Shown in pieces: positions 38,821 through 47,980 of a stretch of DNA of 64,000 nt. The stretch is taken from the NCBI GenBank assembly GCA_977020255.1, contig CDROCS010000253.1, positions 1,798,001 through 1,862,000 on the forward strand, written 5' to 3'. The position numbers and the translations under genes are program-made. The DNA is from Obrimoposthia wandeli. Its lineage: Eukaryota. The notes beneath the pieces were generated by a model, which was given only the letters and a program-made list of their open reading frames with translations, searched no databases and had not been told where the DNA came from. Numbering within the stretch: the stretch's first letter is position 1; the number at the start of each line of letters is the position of its first letter.

Positions 38821-41649
38821 TTACATTTTGTAGCTAAAGCCAAGTAAGTAAGTGCTACCGTAATCTTGGTAATCACGTACTTGCAATGCATTATCACCTT
38901 GTAACGAAGTAAATGGTTCTTTGGTTAAGTTATACGCTTGTAATGAGATTGATAAACCGTCCAAGTTTTTAAAGCCACCTTCACCAAAGTCATAACCAAT
39001 TTGTGCATCCCAAATGGTCTCACCGACAATATCAACTTGTACCGTATCAAAACCTACGCCGTACACATCACCTTTAAATGAATCACGTTTACGCATGCTA
39101 GCACGAGCGGAGAAACCATTTTTATCATAATAAAAGGTTGCGCTGGTGATACTGTCAGATAAACCTGGTAGTTGATAATCAGCACCATTTTGATCTTTCA
39201 TCTCTGACTCTATACCTGTATAGCTGGCGATAAGTCCAAAACCATCAAGGTGCTCCGTCATCATGTTAAATGGTAAGGTTGCTGAAAGTTCATAACCCCA
39301 AAGTGTGCCATCACCGCCATTAACTTTACCTTTACCTGTAGCTGTTGAGCGCTCTGCTGGCGGCACAATACCTGTATCAGGGTCGGCAACACCAGTCATA
39401 TCTACTTCATAATTGCCATCGAAGATCCAGTTTTTCAGGTCTTTGTGAAATAGTGCTACAGCGAAGTAACCTTCATCACTAAAGTAATTTTCATAAGATA
39501 AATCAATACCGATCGCTTCTTTAGGTTCAAGTGATGGGTTACCACCTTCTACACTCCAATAATTACCATTTTCATCAGGTTTTGACGTGGCGCTATCACC
39601 AAAATAATCACTAGAATAAGAGGCATTCATTTCGTCTAAGCGGGCACGAGAGATGGTTTTAGCAGCGCCGAAACGTAAGGTTTGACTGTCATCAATTTGC
39701 ATTGATAAATTTACGCTAGGTAAAAAATGATTATAGTCATGGCTAACATCGGTAGGCTCAGTAATCACTACGCCGTTAACCGTATTAAAGGCACTACCTT
39801 GTGAAGACTGGTCGGTATAGACATAACGTACACCAAAATTACCCGTTAATGGCATGCCAGCAATGTCAGTAACAAGTTCAGCTTGTATAAAGGCCGACAT
39901 TACTTTTTCATTAACCGTCCAAGATTTTGTCGCGTGTTTTGAGCTAGTTAAGCTTTCTTGCAGTAAGTCATAGTAACCAGCATTGATCAAACCCATAGTG
40001 TCATAAGCTATCATATCGCCCATGCCAATAAAGTCTAAATTAGCAGTACCTAAACGATATTCTTCAGGTACTGATTGCATACCTGGATTATCAAGACTAA
40101 AGTCACTTAATGTCATGAAATAACCTTCAGACTTTTTAGTTTTCTCACGTTCACGATAAGAAACACCGTAAGTAATGTCTGAAATGAAGTCCGAATCAAT
40201 CTCTTGGCTAGCTGCAATTTTTAATGACATTAACTCATCATCTATGCTTGGAGCATTAATAAAGCCATCTTGTGCTTGGTTTTGATAACCACTATCTTCA
40301 GTTAGGCCATACTTATCGTTAAGCGCTGAACTACCACCCCAGCTTAATGGGCCGCCTAATTGAATAAGATCGTAATTACTGTAATCAAGTCCATGGCTGA
40401 ACGTAGCGCCAGTATTACCTGAATCAAAGGTATAACCTAAATCATCAGCTGCACCACGGTTATCACCACGGCCAGTACCAGAATAGCTTTCAACACTGTA
40501 AGTATCACGCTCAACTTTTGAATAACTTGCATCAAAATCTAATGTCCAAGTATCAGTCGCTACCCAGTTAGTATTAAAGCCAAATGACATTAATTGGGCA
40601 TCACGTTCTTCGTAGTCATTACGCACAACAACACGTTGACCTTGCGTAATTGCACTGGTAACAAAGCCTGTAGCAGGATCAATGACAGCGGTATCAGCAG
40701 AAATAGAACCTTGACCCCATGCAAAGGGGGTTTCAATACCTCGTAAAATTTTAGTGTCTAAAAAGTCGACATAAAGCGCATCAAATGTCATTTTTAGATC
40801 ATCTCTTGGCGCTGATTCAACCACTAACATTGCCGAGTCACGATCTAAGGTAGAAGAACGTACAAATGGTTTTGCACCGCCCAAAATAGAACCTTTTGAA
40901 CCGTCCTCATACTCAAATTCTGGGTAACCCCATGCGTTCCAACGTTTTTCTTGGTTTGGTGATGTCATCGTAGTGTAAGCAAAAGCAACACCTAAGGTAT
41001 CGTCTGCAAACTGGTCCATGTAAAAGAATGTACCTTTTAAGCCAGCATCATCACCATCAGGGTTTAACTTATCAAAACTTGTTTTTTCGTAGGTGCCGTT
41101 AAATTGGATAACGCGACCATCTTGGTTTAGTGGTTTGATTGTTTGTAAATCAATAACACCCGCAATACCTTCACCTTCTAGGCTGGCATTAGGTGTTTTA
41201 TAAACGGTAACTCCGCTCATAATTTCAGAAGGGTATAGATCAAATTCAACGCCACGGTTATCACCGATAGACACTTGTTCACGACCATTTAAAGTTGTGC
41301 CACTTTCATTCTCACCAAAACCGCGAATACTAACTTTACTTGCACGGCCGTCAATGCGCTGTGCAGCAAGACCAGGTAAACGTGCAATAGATTCAGCAAT
41401 AGAAGAATCAGGTAACTTACCAATATCTTCAGCAGAAATGGCTTCAACAACGTTTGATGAATAACGTTTTAAGTTGATTGATTCAACGACACTTTTGCGA
41501 AAGCCCGTTACTTGAATAACTTCAACTGCTTCTTCAGCAGTTTTTTCTGCGGCTTTAACTTCTTCTGCGGCAAAAGCTTGTGTGCTTAATGCCATTAAGC
41601 CACTTGAAAGTAGCGCTAATGTCATTTTGCTTGGTTTAAAATGTAGCAT
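38821..41649 (-). CDS. TonB-dependent receptor, probably for maltodextrins
   Basis: EVIQVTG TonB box; AEDIGKLPDSSIAESIARLPG plug; operators upstream. Likely start 41649 (SD GGGGAG), not 41670. Confidence 0.9.
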   Translation of the reverse strand: MLHFKPSKMTLALLSSGLMALSTQAFAAEEVKAAEKTAEEAVEVIQVTGFRKSVVESINLKRYSSNVVEAISAEDIGKLPDSSIAESIARLPGLAAQRIDGRASKVSIRGFGENESGTTLNGREQVSIGDNRGVEFDLYPSEIMSGVTVYKTPNASLEGEGIAGVIDLQTIKPLNQDGRVIQFNGTYEKTSFDKLNPDGDDAGLKGTFFYMDQFADDTLGVAFAYTTMTSPNQEKRWNAWGYPEFEYEDGSKGSILGGAKPFVRSSTLDRDSAMLVVESAPRDDLKMTFDALYVDFLDTKILRGIETPFAWGQGSISADTAVIDPATGFVTSAITQGQRVVVRNDYEERDAQLMSFGFNTNWVATDTWTLDFDASYSKVERDTYSVESYSGTGRGDNRGAADDLGYTFDSGNTGATFSHGLDYSNYDLIQLGGPLSWGGSSALNDKYGLTEDSGYQNQAQDGFINAPSIDDELMSLKIAASQEIDSDFISDITYGVSYREREKTKKSEGYFMTLSDFSLDNPGMQSVPEEYRLGTANLDFIGMGDMIAYDTMGLINAGYYDLLQESLTSSKHATKSWTVNEKVMSAFIQAELVTDIAGMPLTGNFGVRYVYTDQSSQGSAFNTVNGVVITEPTDVSHDYNHFLPSVNLSMQIDDSQTLRFGAAKTISRARLDEMNASYSSDYFGDSATSKPDENGNYWSVEGGNPSLEPKEAIGIDLSYENYFSDEGYFAVALFHKDLKNWIFDGNYEVDMTGVADPDTGIVPPAERSTATGKGKVNGGDGTLWGYELSATLPFNMMTEHLDGFGLIASYTGIESEMKDQNGADYQLPGLSDSITSATFYYDKNGFSARASMRKRDSFKGDVYGVGFDTVQVDIVGETIWDAQIGYDFGEGGFKNLDGLSISLQAYNLTKEPFTSLQGDNALQVRDYQDYGSTYLLGFSYKM

Positions 41650-41724
41650 TGAATATTCTCCCCTAGCCATCCGTGATTAATTTTATAAGCTAACTTCCAT
41701 TTAGCCAAATAATTATATGTTTGT

Positions 41725-41874
41725 GTTTTACGTATGCAGTTATGTGGTCAAAGGTATTAATTAGTTATTATTTGTTAACAACTTTAATATAAAGGGGCAA
41801 ATTACAGATGGATAGTCGTTGCATACGTATTCAGAGTGCAGCTTAGGTCTCTATGCTCATTGAATACGTATGCA
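41725..41874. promoter_or_regulatory. MalR-like operators upstream of the TonB receptor
   Basis: GTTTTACGTATGCA 41725-41738 (partial), TGCATACGTATTCA 41820-41833, TGAATACGTATGCA 41861-41874. Confidence 0.8.
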
Positions 41875-42134
41875 GCGGTTGTTTTAAAAATAAACAAGTC
41901 CTTAGGTTAAAAGAGAAGCTAAAAAATAATAAAAGGAAAGTGTTTTTATTTTAACAAAAAGCTTAAAGCATATTTTACTTGTTACCCCAATTTCGGCAAG
42001 TCTGTTTATCTGTGAAACAAATGATATAACCACAGTAGCTGCTATGGTTGATACTCGTAACGCTGATGCTGCCAAAGTTCGACTATATATAGTTCATGAT
42101 ATAGTTCATTAATTTATTTTTTAATAAGAGCACC

Positions 42135-42276
42135 ATGGATAAATTTAAAGCCATCGCTTTGTCTATATCGATTATAGAAACAGGCAGCTTTTCTGTAACA
42201 GTCAAAAACATGCAACAGACCCATCAACAGTCAGTAAAGCATTAAAAAATTAGAAGAGCAGCTCGGTTTACAATAA
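42135..42276 (+). pseudogene. LysR HTH remnant
   Basis: MDKFKAIALSISIIETGSFS, then ATDPSTVSKALK, then LEEQLGLQ* in three different frames. Confidence 0.75.
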
Positions 42277-42309
42277 ATCGTATATTTGAAGTATCCGTGG
42301 GACAAATAT

Positions 42310-42323
42310 TGAATACGTATGTA
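42310..42323. promoter_or_regulatory. MalR-like operator upstream of the pullulanase gene
   Basis: TGAATACGTATGTA. Confidence 0.75.
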
Positions 42324-42400
42324 ACAGAGGAAAACTAGTATTTATCTGATCTCTGAACGAGTAAGTTAACATCCATAACAATTTTAACGACTCGTTTATT

Positions 42401-45400
42401 ATGAAAATGTCTTCTTTTTACCACCCTATCTCAAGCCCTAATAGTGCAATTTATATTGCGCTTTCTGCCAGTTTATTAGTTAGTGCTTGTAGTGAAACAA
42501 GTAAATCGACTCAATCTTATCAATTAGATGCGCAGGGTAGTAGTGTCGTAACTAAAACTGTCGAAGCGAAGGCTAATGCTATTAAGATAAGTGCCTTTAA
42601 AGCAAACGACCTAAATAATTTACCCAGTGATACTTCGGCTCATTGGCTAACCACCGAATTATTAGTATTACCAAAATCAGTTAATAAATATCAATACCAG
42701 CTGCTCAGCAAAAAATTAGATGGCTTTAATGCTATTGATTTATTACCGGTTAGCTTCCCTGAAAAATTGGCAACTAAGTTTCCTCATTTAGCTAACTTTC
42801 AAGCATTTACAGTGCAATTAACAGCAGAACAAAGCAAACGTTGGTTAAAACAACAAGTCATGGTGGTTGCGATAGATGCGAGTATTGATACAACCATTGA
42901 ACCTGCCCTTAATACAACTAAGCAAGCCAAAGAAGTGGCTTATGTGCAAATAGGCGCGGTAATTGATGCGCTTTATACTCAAGGAGATAATGATGCCGAT
43001 GAAGTGACTGACCTCGGCGCAACCATTGTCAGCAATCATGAAGGCGAGGGGGTTAGCTTTAAGTTATGGGCACCAACAGCACAAGCTGTTTCGGTGCAGC
43101 TTTTTGATGATAACTTACAAGCCATCACTGGTGGCAAGCTTGCCATGGTAGAAGATACCAACACAGGTGTTTGGCAGGTATTATCAGCTAGCCAAGCGAG
43201 TTACGCTTATTATAAATATCAAATTGATGTTTATCACCCCGTATCAAAAAAAATTGAATCTTTATCAGTTACCGACCCTTATTCTTTAAGTTTATCTATT
43301 AATAGTGAGTACTCACAGGTTGTTGATTTAAATGATGTAGCTACTCAACCAGAAAACTGGCTTACACAGCCAATACCTACCGTTAAAAATGTTGAAGATA
43401 ATGTTTTTTATGAAACACATATTCGTGATTTTAGTGCCAATGAAAAGCAGCTTAGTAACTCTAAATTTAAAGGGAAATATAAAGCCTTTAGCGAGAACAA
43501 CTCTGATGGCATACAACATTTAAAAGCGCTGCAAGTTGCCGGATTAAATAACATTCATTTATTACCTACTTTTGATATAGCTACCGTTAATGAAGATGAC
43601 AGTAAACATCTTGATATAGATGATAACTTGGCTAAAGTTTGTGCCATTACACCGAATATCACACTATGTCAGCAACCTTACAATGAAAAACAGACAATAA
43701 AGTCATTATTACAGAGTTATGCGGTTGCTGGAGAGAATGCACAGCAGTTAGTCAGTGAGTTACGTGAAGTTGATAACTACAATTGGGGTTATGACCCTTT
43801 TCATTACACCGTGCCTGAAGGAAGTTACGCTGTTGATGCTAAAGGTGTTTCACGCTTAATCGAATTTAGAGAAATGGTGCAAAGCCTACATGGTATGGGC
43901 TTTAGGGTGATTATGGATGTGGTATATAACCATACTCACCAAGCAGGGTTAGAGCCTAATGCTGTATTAGATAAAATAGTGCCTACTTATTATCACCGAT
44001 TAGACGTTATTACGGGTGCAATTGAACAATCTACTTGTTGCGATAATACCGCGACAGAGCGTGTAATGATGGCAAAATTGATGACAGACTCATTAGTGGT
44101 CTGGGCGCGTGATTATAAAATAGATGGTTTTCGTTTTGACTTAATGGGACATCAACCAAAAGATGCCATGTTGACCGCAAGAGAAGCAGTACGCCAAGTA
44201 GACAGCGATACTTACTTTTACGGTGAAGGTTGGAACTTTGGTGAAGTAGCGAGTAATAGCCAATTTGTTCAAGCCAGCCAGTTAGAATTAGGAGGCAGCG
44301 AAATAGGCACTTTTTCAGATAGATTACGTGATGCTGTTCGTGGTGGTGGAAACAATACTCGAGATTCTCAAGGCGTTGGTAATGGTCTATTAACTTTTCC
44401 CAATAATAAAGAGGCCAATGAAAAGCAAAACCAAGAAAAAAATTATGCAGATTATGCGCTACGCATGGACCAATTACGTATTGGCTTAGCTGGTAATTTA
44501 ATTAATTTCCCTTTAAGAACCCTTGTCGGTGAAAGTGATAACGGTGAAAAAAATGGCAAAAAAGTATTAGGCAAAGATATCCCTTATGGCGACCAGCCAA
44601 CAGGATATGCGTTAGACCCTGCCGACACTATCAATTATGTTTCTAAGCATGATAATCAAACGCTTTGGGATAACAGCCAATACCGCTTACCATTTGACGT
44701 TTCAACAGATGATAGAGTAAGAATGCATGTTCAAAGTTTGTCTTTCGCCTTATTCGCTCAAGGGATCCCTTTTATTCACATGGGCTCAGAGTTTATGCGC
44801 TCTAAGTCATTTCTTCGAGACAGTTATGATTACGGTGACTGGTTTAATCGTGTCGATTTTTCCAAGCAAGATAACTTCTATAATGTAGGACTACCACCTG
44901 CAGAAAAAGATCACGCTAACTGGCCTTTAATAAAACAAGTACTTGCCGGTCACCAAGCTCGTGATCAGGTCAATGCTAAGCATATTAAACGCAGCAGTAA
45001 CGCTTTTATCGACCTGTTAGCAATACGTATGAGTAGCCCATTATTTAGGTTAACTAGCGAACAGAGCATTATTGATAAAGTGAGTTTTCTTAACGCCGGT
45101 ATATTAAAGCAGGGAACAAAGCAGGACACAAAGGAAGGTACTGAGAAAATATCAGAGCAACAAATTGGTTTGTTAGTGATGCATATTGATGACTCTGCTG
45201 GTGAAGCAGTTGATGATAAATATCAATGCTTAATGGTTATCTTTAATACCAGTGATAAAACACAGACGTTTAACTATAACTTTGAAGATGACTTGAACGC
45301 TAACAGCACTCAACGATATCAATTACACCCAATCCAGAAGGAGGGGACTGACGAAGTGGTTAAACAAAGTAAAGTTACAGCAAAGGGCTTTACTGTACCA

Positions 45401-45439
45401 CCACTGAGCAGCGTAGTATTTGTAAAACCAAGAAGTTAA
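42401..45439 (+). CDS. Lipoprotein pullulanase-type alpha-1,6-glucosidase (GH13)
   Basis: Lipobox LLVSAC; FKLWAPTA, YNWGYDP, MDVVYNH, DGFRFDLMG, GEGWN, YVSKHDN. Confidence 0.92.
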   Translation: MKMSSFYHPISSPNSAIYIALSASLLVSACSETSKSTQSYQLDAQGSSVVTKTVEAKANAIKISAFKANDLNNLPSDTSAHWLTTELLVLPKSVNKYQYQLLSKKLDGFNAIDLLPVSFPEKLATKFPHLANFQAFTVQLTAEQSKRWLKQQVMVVAIDASIDTTIEPALNTTKQAKEVAYVQIGAVIDALYTQGDNDADEVTDLGATIVSNHEGEGVSFKLWAPTAQAVSVQLFDDNLQAITGGKLAMVEDTNTGVWQVLSASQASYAYYKYQIDVYHPVSKKIESLSVTDPYSLSLSINSEYSQVVDLNDVATQPENWLTQPIPTVKNVEDNVFYETHIRDFSANEKQLSNSKFKGKYKAFSENNSDGIQHLKALQVAGLNNIHLLPTFDIATVNEDDSKHLDIDDNLAKVCAITPNITLCQQPYNEKQTIKSLLQSYAVAGENAQQLVSELREVDNYNWGYDPFHYTVPEGSYAVDAKGVSRLIEFREMVQSLHGMGFRVIMDVVYNHTHQAGLEPNAVLDKIVPTYYHRLDVITGAIEQSTCCDNTATERVMMAKLMTDSLVVWARDYKIDGFRFDLMGHQPKDAMLTAREAVRQVDSDTYFYGEGWNFGEVASNSQFVQASQLELGGSEIGTFSDRLRDAVRGGGNNTRDSQGVGNGLLTFPNNKEANEKQNQEKNYADYALRMDQLRIGLAGNLINFPLRTLVGESDNGEKNGKKVLGKDIPYGDQPTGYALDPADTINYVSKHDNQTLWDNSQYRLPFDVSTDDRVRMHVQSLSFALFAQGIPFIHMGSEFMRSKSFLRDSYDYGDWFNRVDFSKQDNFYNVGLPPAEKDHANWPLIKQVLAGHQARDQVNAKHIKRSSNAFIDLLAIRMSSPLFRLTSEQSIIDKVSFLNAGILKQGTKQDTKEGTEKISEQQIGLLVMHIDDSAGEAVDDKYQCLMVIFNTSDKTQTFNYNFEDDLNANSTQRYQLHPIQKEGTDEVVKQSKVTAKGFTVPPLSSVVFVKPRS

Positions 45440-45511
45440 TAAGCGAGCTAAGCATAGCTAGTTAACCTGAACTCTTTTGTTACCGTGAGTATCTAGGTGG
45501 GATTAAAACTA

Positions 45512-45555
45512 AAAGGCCCTGTTAATCCATTGTAAAATAGATTAACAGGGCCTTT
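45512..45555. terminator. Bidirectional terminator, 16-bp stem
   Basis: aaaggccctgttaatc / gattaacagggccttt between convergent genes. Confidence 0.8.
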
Positions 45556-45600
45556 GTTATTTAACGCTTAGCTTCAGTACTTAACTTAAATAAGGGCGAA

Positions 45601-46473
45601 TTAAACGCTCGGTGATAAATGTAAAAAACAGCCACGACCGGCAAAAGTCAATTGATAGCTAGGCTCGCCATTTTTATCACTACTGACATTTTTTTCTAAC
45701 AGGCCTTTATCAATTAAGTAATCCAGCATAGTTGTTGATAACTCACCTAGTTTTGCTTTGGTGGTAATTTCAACCTTAGTGGCGACACCTTTAAAGGAAT
45801 ACAACGCTTTGATTATCTTTGCTTCAGCTTCAGATATTTTCGGCATACAACCTTTGTATGCGGGGTATTGATCTAATGGGAATTTACCTTGAATACTTTC
45901 ATAAGAAGCTTGAATAGCTTTGATGTCACTGTTTCTATCTTCCGTTAACTTAAAAGTGTGAAAAACCCCAGCTTCTTTGCTTAAGTAGTCAACCTTAGCT
46001 AAAAAAATAGGTAAATCACAGCCTTGAGCTACATGGTAAAAGCCTGATTTCCATTTAGGTACTGGGCCACGGGTGCCTTCAGGAGTAAACAGAAAAAATA
46101 CCCGATTTAATTTTTGGCTATTGATAAATTGTTTAATCTGCTCAACTTGGCCTACGCCTTTTGCAGAACGATTAATCGGTATAGCGCCTAGATACATCAT
46201 CCAAGTGCCTAATACTGGCACTCGACATAAGCTGTCTTTTACCGAAAAGTAAATTTTTACATCTTGTAAAATGGCGGCACCGAGGGCGTAAACAAAATCC
46301 CAGTTTGAGGTATGTGGTGCAGCAATCGCAACACCAGCACCTTCAGGCGCAATTTTACAAAGTTTCCATCCAGCGAGTTTAAACCACAGGGTGAAGATAA
46401 ATTTTAAGAAGTATTTTGTGAAAATACCGTCGAAGATAGTTTTTTCTCGGATGGTGAGTTCTTTTTTAGCCAT
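45601..46473 (-). CDS. PlsC-like acyltransferase with a winged-helix-like C-terminal extension
   Basis: APHTSNWD, GAIPINRS, TPEGTRG, WKSGFY; extra ~70 aa C-terminal domain. Confidence 0.85.
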   Translation of the reverse strand: MAKKELTIREKTIFDGIFTKYFLKFIFTLWFKLAGWKLCKIAPEGAGVAIAAPHTSNWDFVYALGAAILQDVKIYFSVKDSLCRVPVLGTWMMYLGAIPINRSAKGVGQVEQIKQFINSQKLNRVFFLFTPEGTRGPVPKWKSGFYHVAQGCDLPIFLAKVDYLSKEAGVFHTFKLTEDRNSDIKAIQASYESIQGKFPLDQYPAYKGCMPKISEAEAKIIKALYSFKGVATKVEITTKAKLGELSTTMLDYLIDKGLLEKNVSSDKNGEPSYQLTFAGRGCFLHLSPSV

Positions 46474-46966
46474 GATAAAGTCAATATAAAGTTACTACTG
46501 AGATAGCGCAATTGTAGCAGGAAAGTATTGAGAAATATTGATGTAGGTAGCAATTTTGTTTACTTAGCATCTGATAATATAATTAAAGCTAATGTGTTGT
46601 TTGAAAATGATTATTTACTGTTTGTGATAATTTGTACTGTTATTAGCAATAACAAACGCTTAACTGATTTTTTTACAGGTAAATAAACCTCTATTGTATT
46701 GGTTTTCCGTTTAAAACATGTTGTTTCAATTTCTTGTTTACTATTTTTCTGGTTTTTTATTGGAATTTATTTCAGTTTATTACCTAAGAATCGCTTGTGT
46801 AAGGCGCATCTTTTGTATTTTCAGTGAGCAGTGGCTTCATGCCATGATTAAGGTAGGGGAATATAACTTACTATCTTCACTAGAAGAGTCTCTGGTATTT
46901 ATATACAATCATATTTCCTATGCATTTTGCATTTTTGTAATAACTTAACGTATCAATGATAATCAT

Positions 46967-47980
46967 ATGGCTGCTATTTTAAATCTAAATAATAAAAACG
47001 AAGCGTTAAGTTATTTGAATGCGTGTCATTGCTTTGGTCGTTCACCAACTAATGTTGATACTGTTATTAATGCTCAGGAAGTTTCCCGTATCCACGCAGT
47101 CGTTGAATGGAGCAATAATCAATGGCTTATTCGAGATCTTAGTAATAATGGTACTTGGGTAAACAATCAAAAATTAGTCAAAAATAACCCGCATAAACTT
47201 AAAGTGGACGATAAAGTATTTTTCGCTTCAGGTGAGAGTCACGGCTTTGCTATACAAGATCTAAGACCGCCACAAAACATGTTATTGCCAATTGGGCAAG
47301 ACGGTGAGCAAGTCACTGCATTGCCAATTATTTTATCGGATGGCAATTTACTTCCCAGCGAAGAAAAACCTGAGGTGGCATTGTTTTATGTGCCGAGTAA
47401 AGACCAATGGTATAAAGAGTTTCTTGTTGATAGCGACGGTAGCGCTTACCCAATGGCAAATTCAGATTTATTATTTTTCAATAACCAAAAGTGGCAGCTA
47501 AAATTAATCCCTTTAACTGAAAATACCGTGTTAATGGCTAAAGCTAAGTTAACGGTTCACCAGATAATGTATCGTTTTAATTTAAGTTTAGATGAAGAAA
47601 ATACTGAATTGACCGTAACAACGGATGATGAAAAATTTTGTTTAGCAAATAAAGCCCATCATTACCTAACGTTGAGTTTGGCTAGGCATCGTGATGAAGA
47701 TGCTAAACAAGGTATTGATGCCGACAATCAAGGCTGGCGCTTACCAGAAACACTAACAAAAGAGTTAGGGTGTGACATCACTTTATTCAACACACATGTT
47801 TGCCGAGCTAAGCAGCAATTTAGAGATATCTTCGATGGCGCTTGCGATGGCGATGAATTAATTGAGCGCAAAGGTAAAAAAATACGCTTTGCTGGTGTTT
47901 TTTATCGTATTTATAAAGGCAGTGAACTGATCGTTAATCGCGGACAAGATAAGGTATCCCTTACGGTATTACATGGATAA
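46967..47980 (+). CDS. FHA-domain protein with a putative C-terminal HTH DNA-binding domain
   Basis: FGRS...VSRIHA...DLSNNGTWVN (FHA); GWRLPETLTKELGCDITLFNTHVCRAKQQF resembles an HTH. Confidence 0.8.
   Translation: MAAILNLNNKNEALSYLNACHCFGRSPTNVDTVINAQEVSRIHAVVEWSNNQWLIRDLSNNGTWVNNQKLVKNNPHKLKVDDKVFFASGESHGFAIQDLRPPQNMLLPIGQDGEQVTALPIILSDGNLLPSEEKPEVALFYVPSKDQWYKEFLVDSDGSAYPMANSDLLFFNNQKWQLKLIPLTENTVLMAKAKLTVHQIMYRFNLSLDEENTELTVTTDDEKFCLANKAHHYLTLSLARHRDEDAKQGIDADNQGWRLPETLTKELGCDITLFNTHVCRAKQQFRDIFDGACDGDELIERKGKKIRFAGVFYRIYKGSELIVNRGQDKVSLTVLHG

Noticed and set aside
46718-46948. 76-aa ORF upstream of the FHA gene (similarly 51219-51425)
   Set aside because: AT-rich and low-complexity, with no convincing SD or motif; probably promoter DNA.
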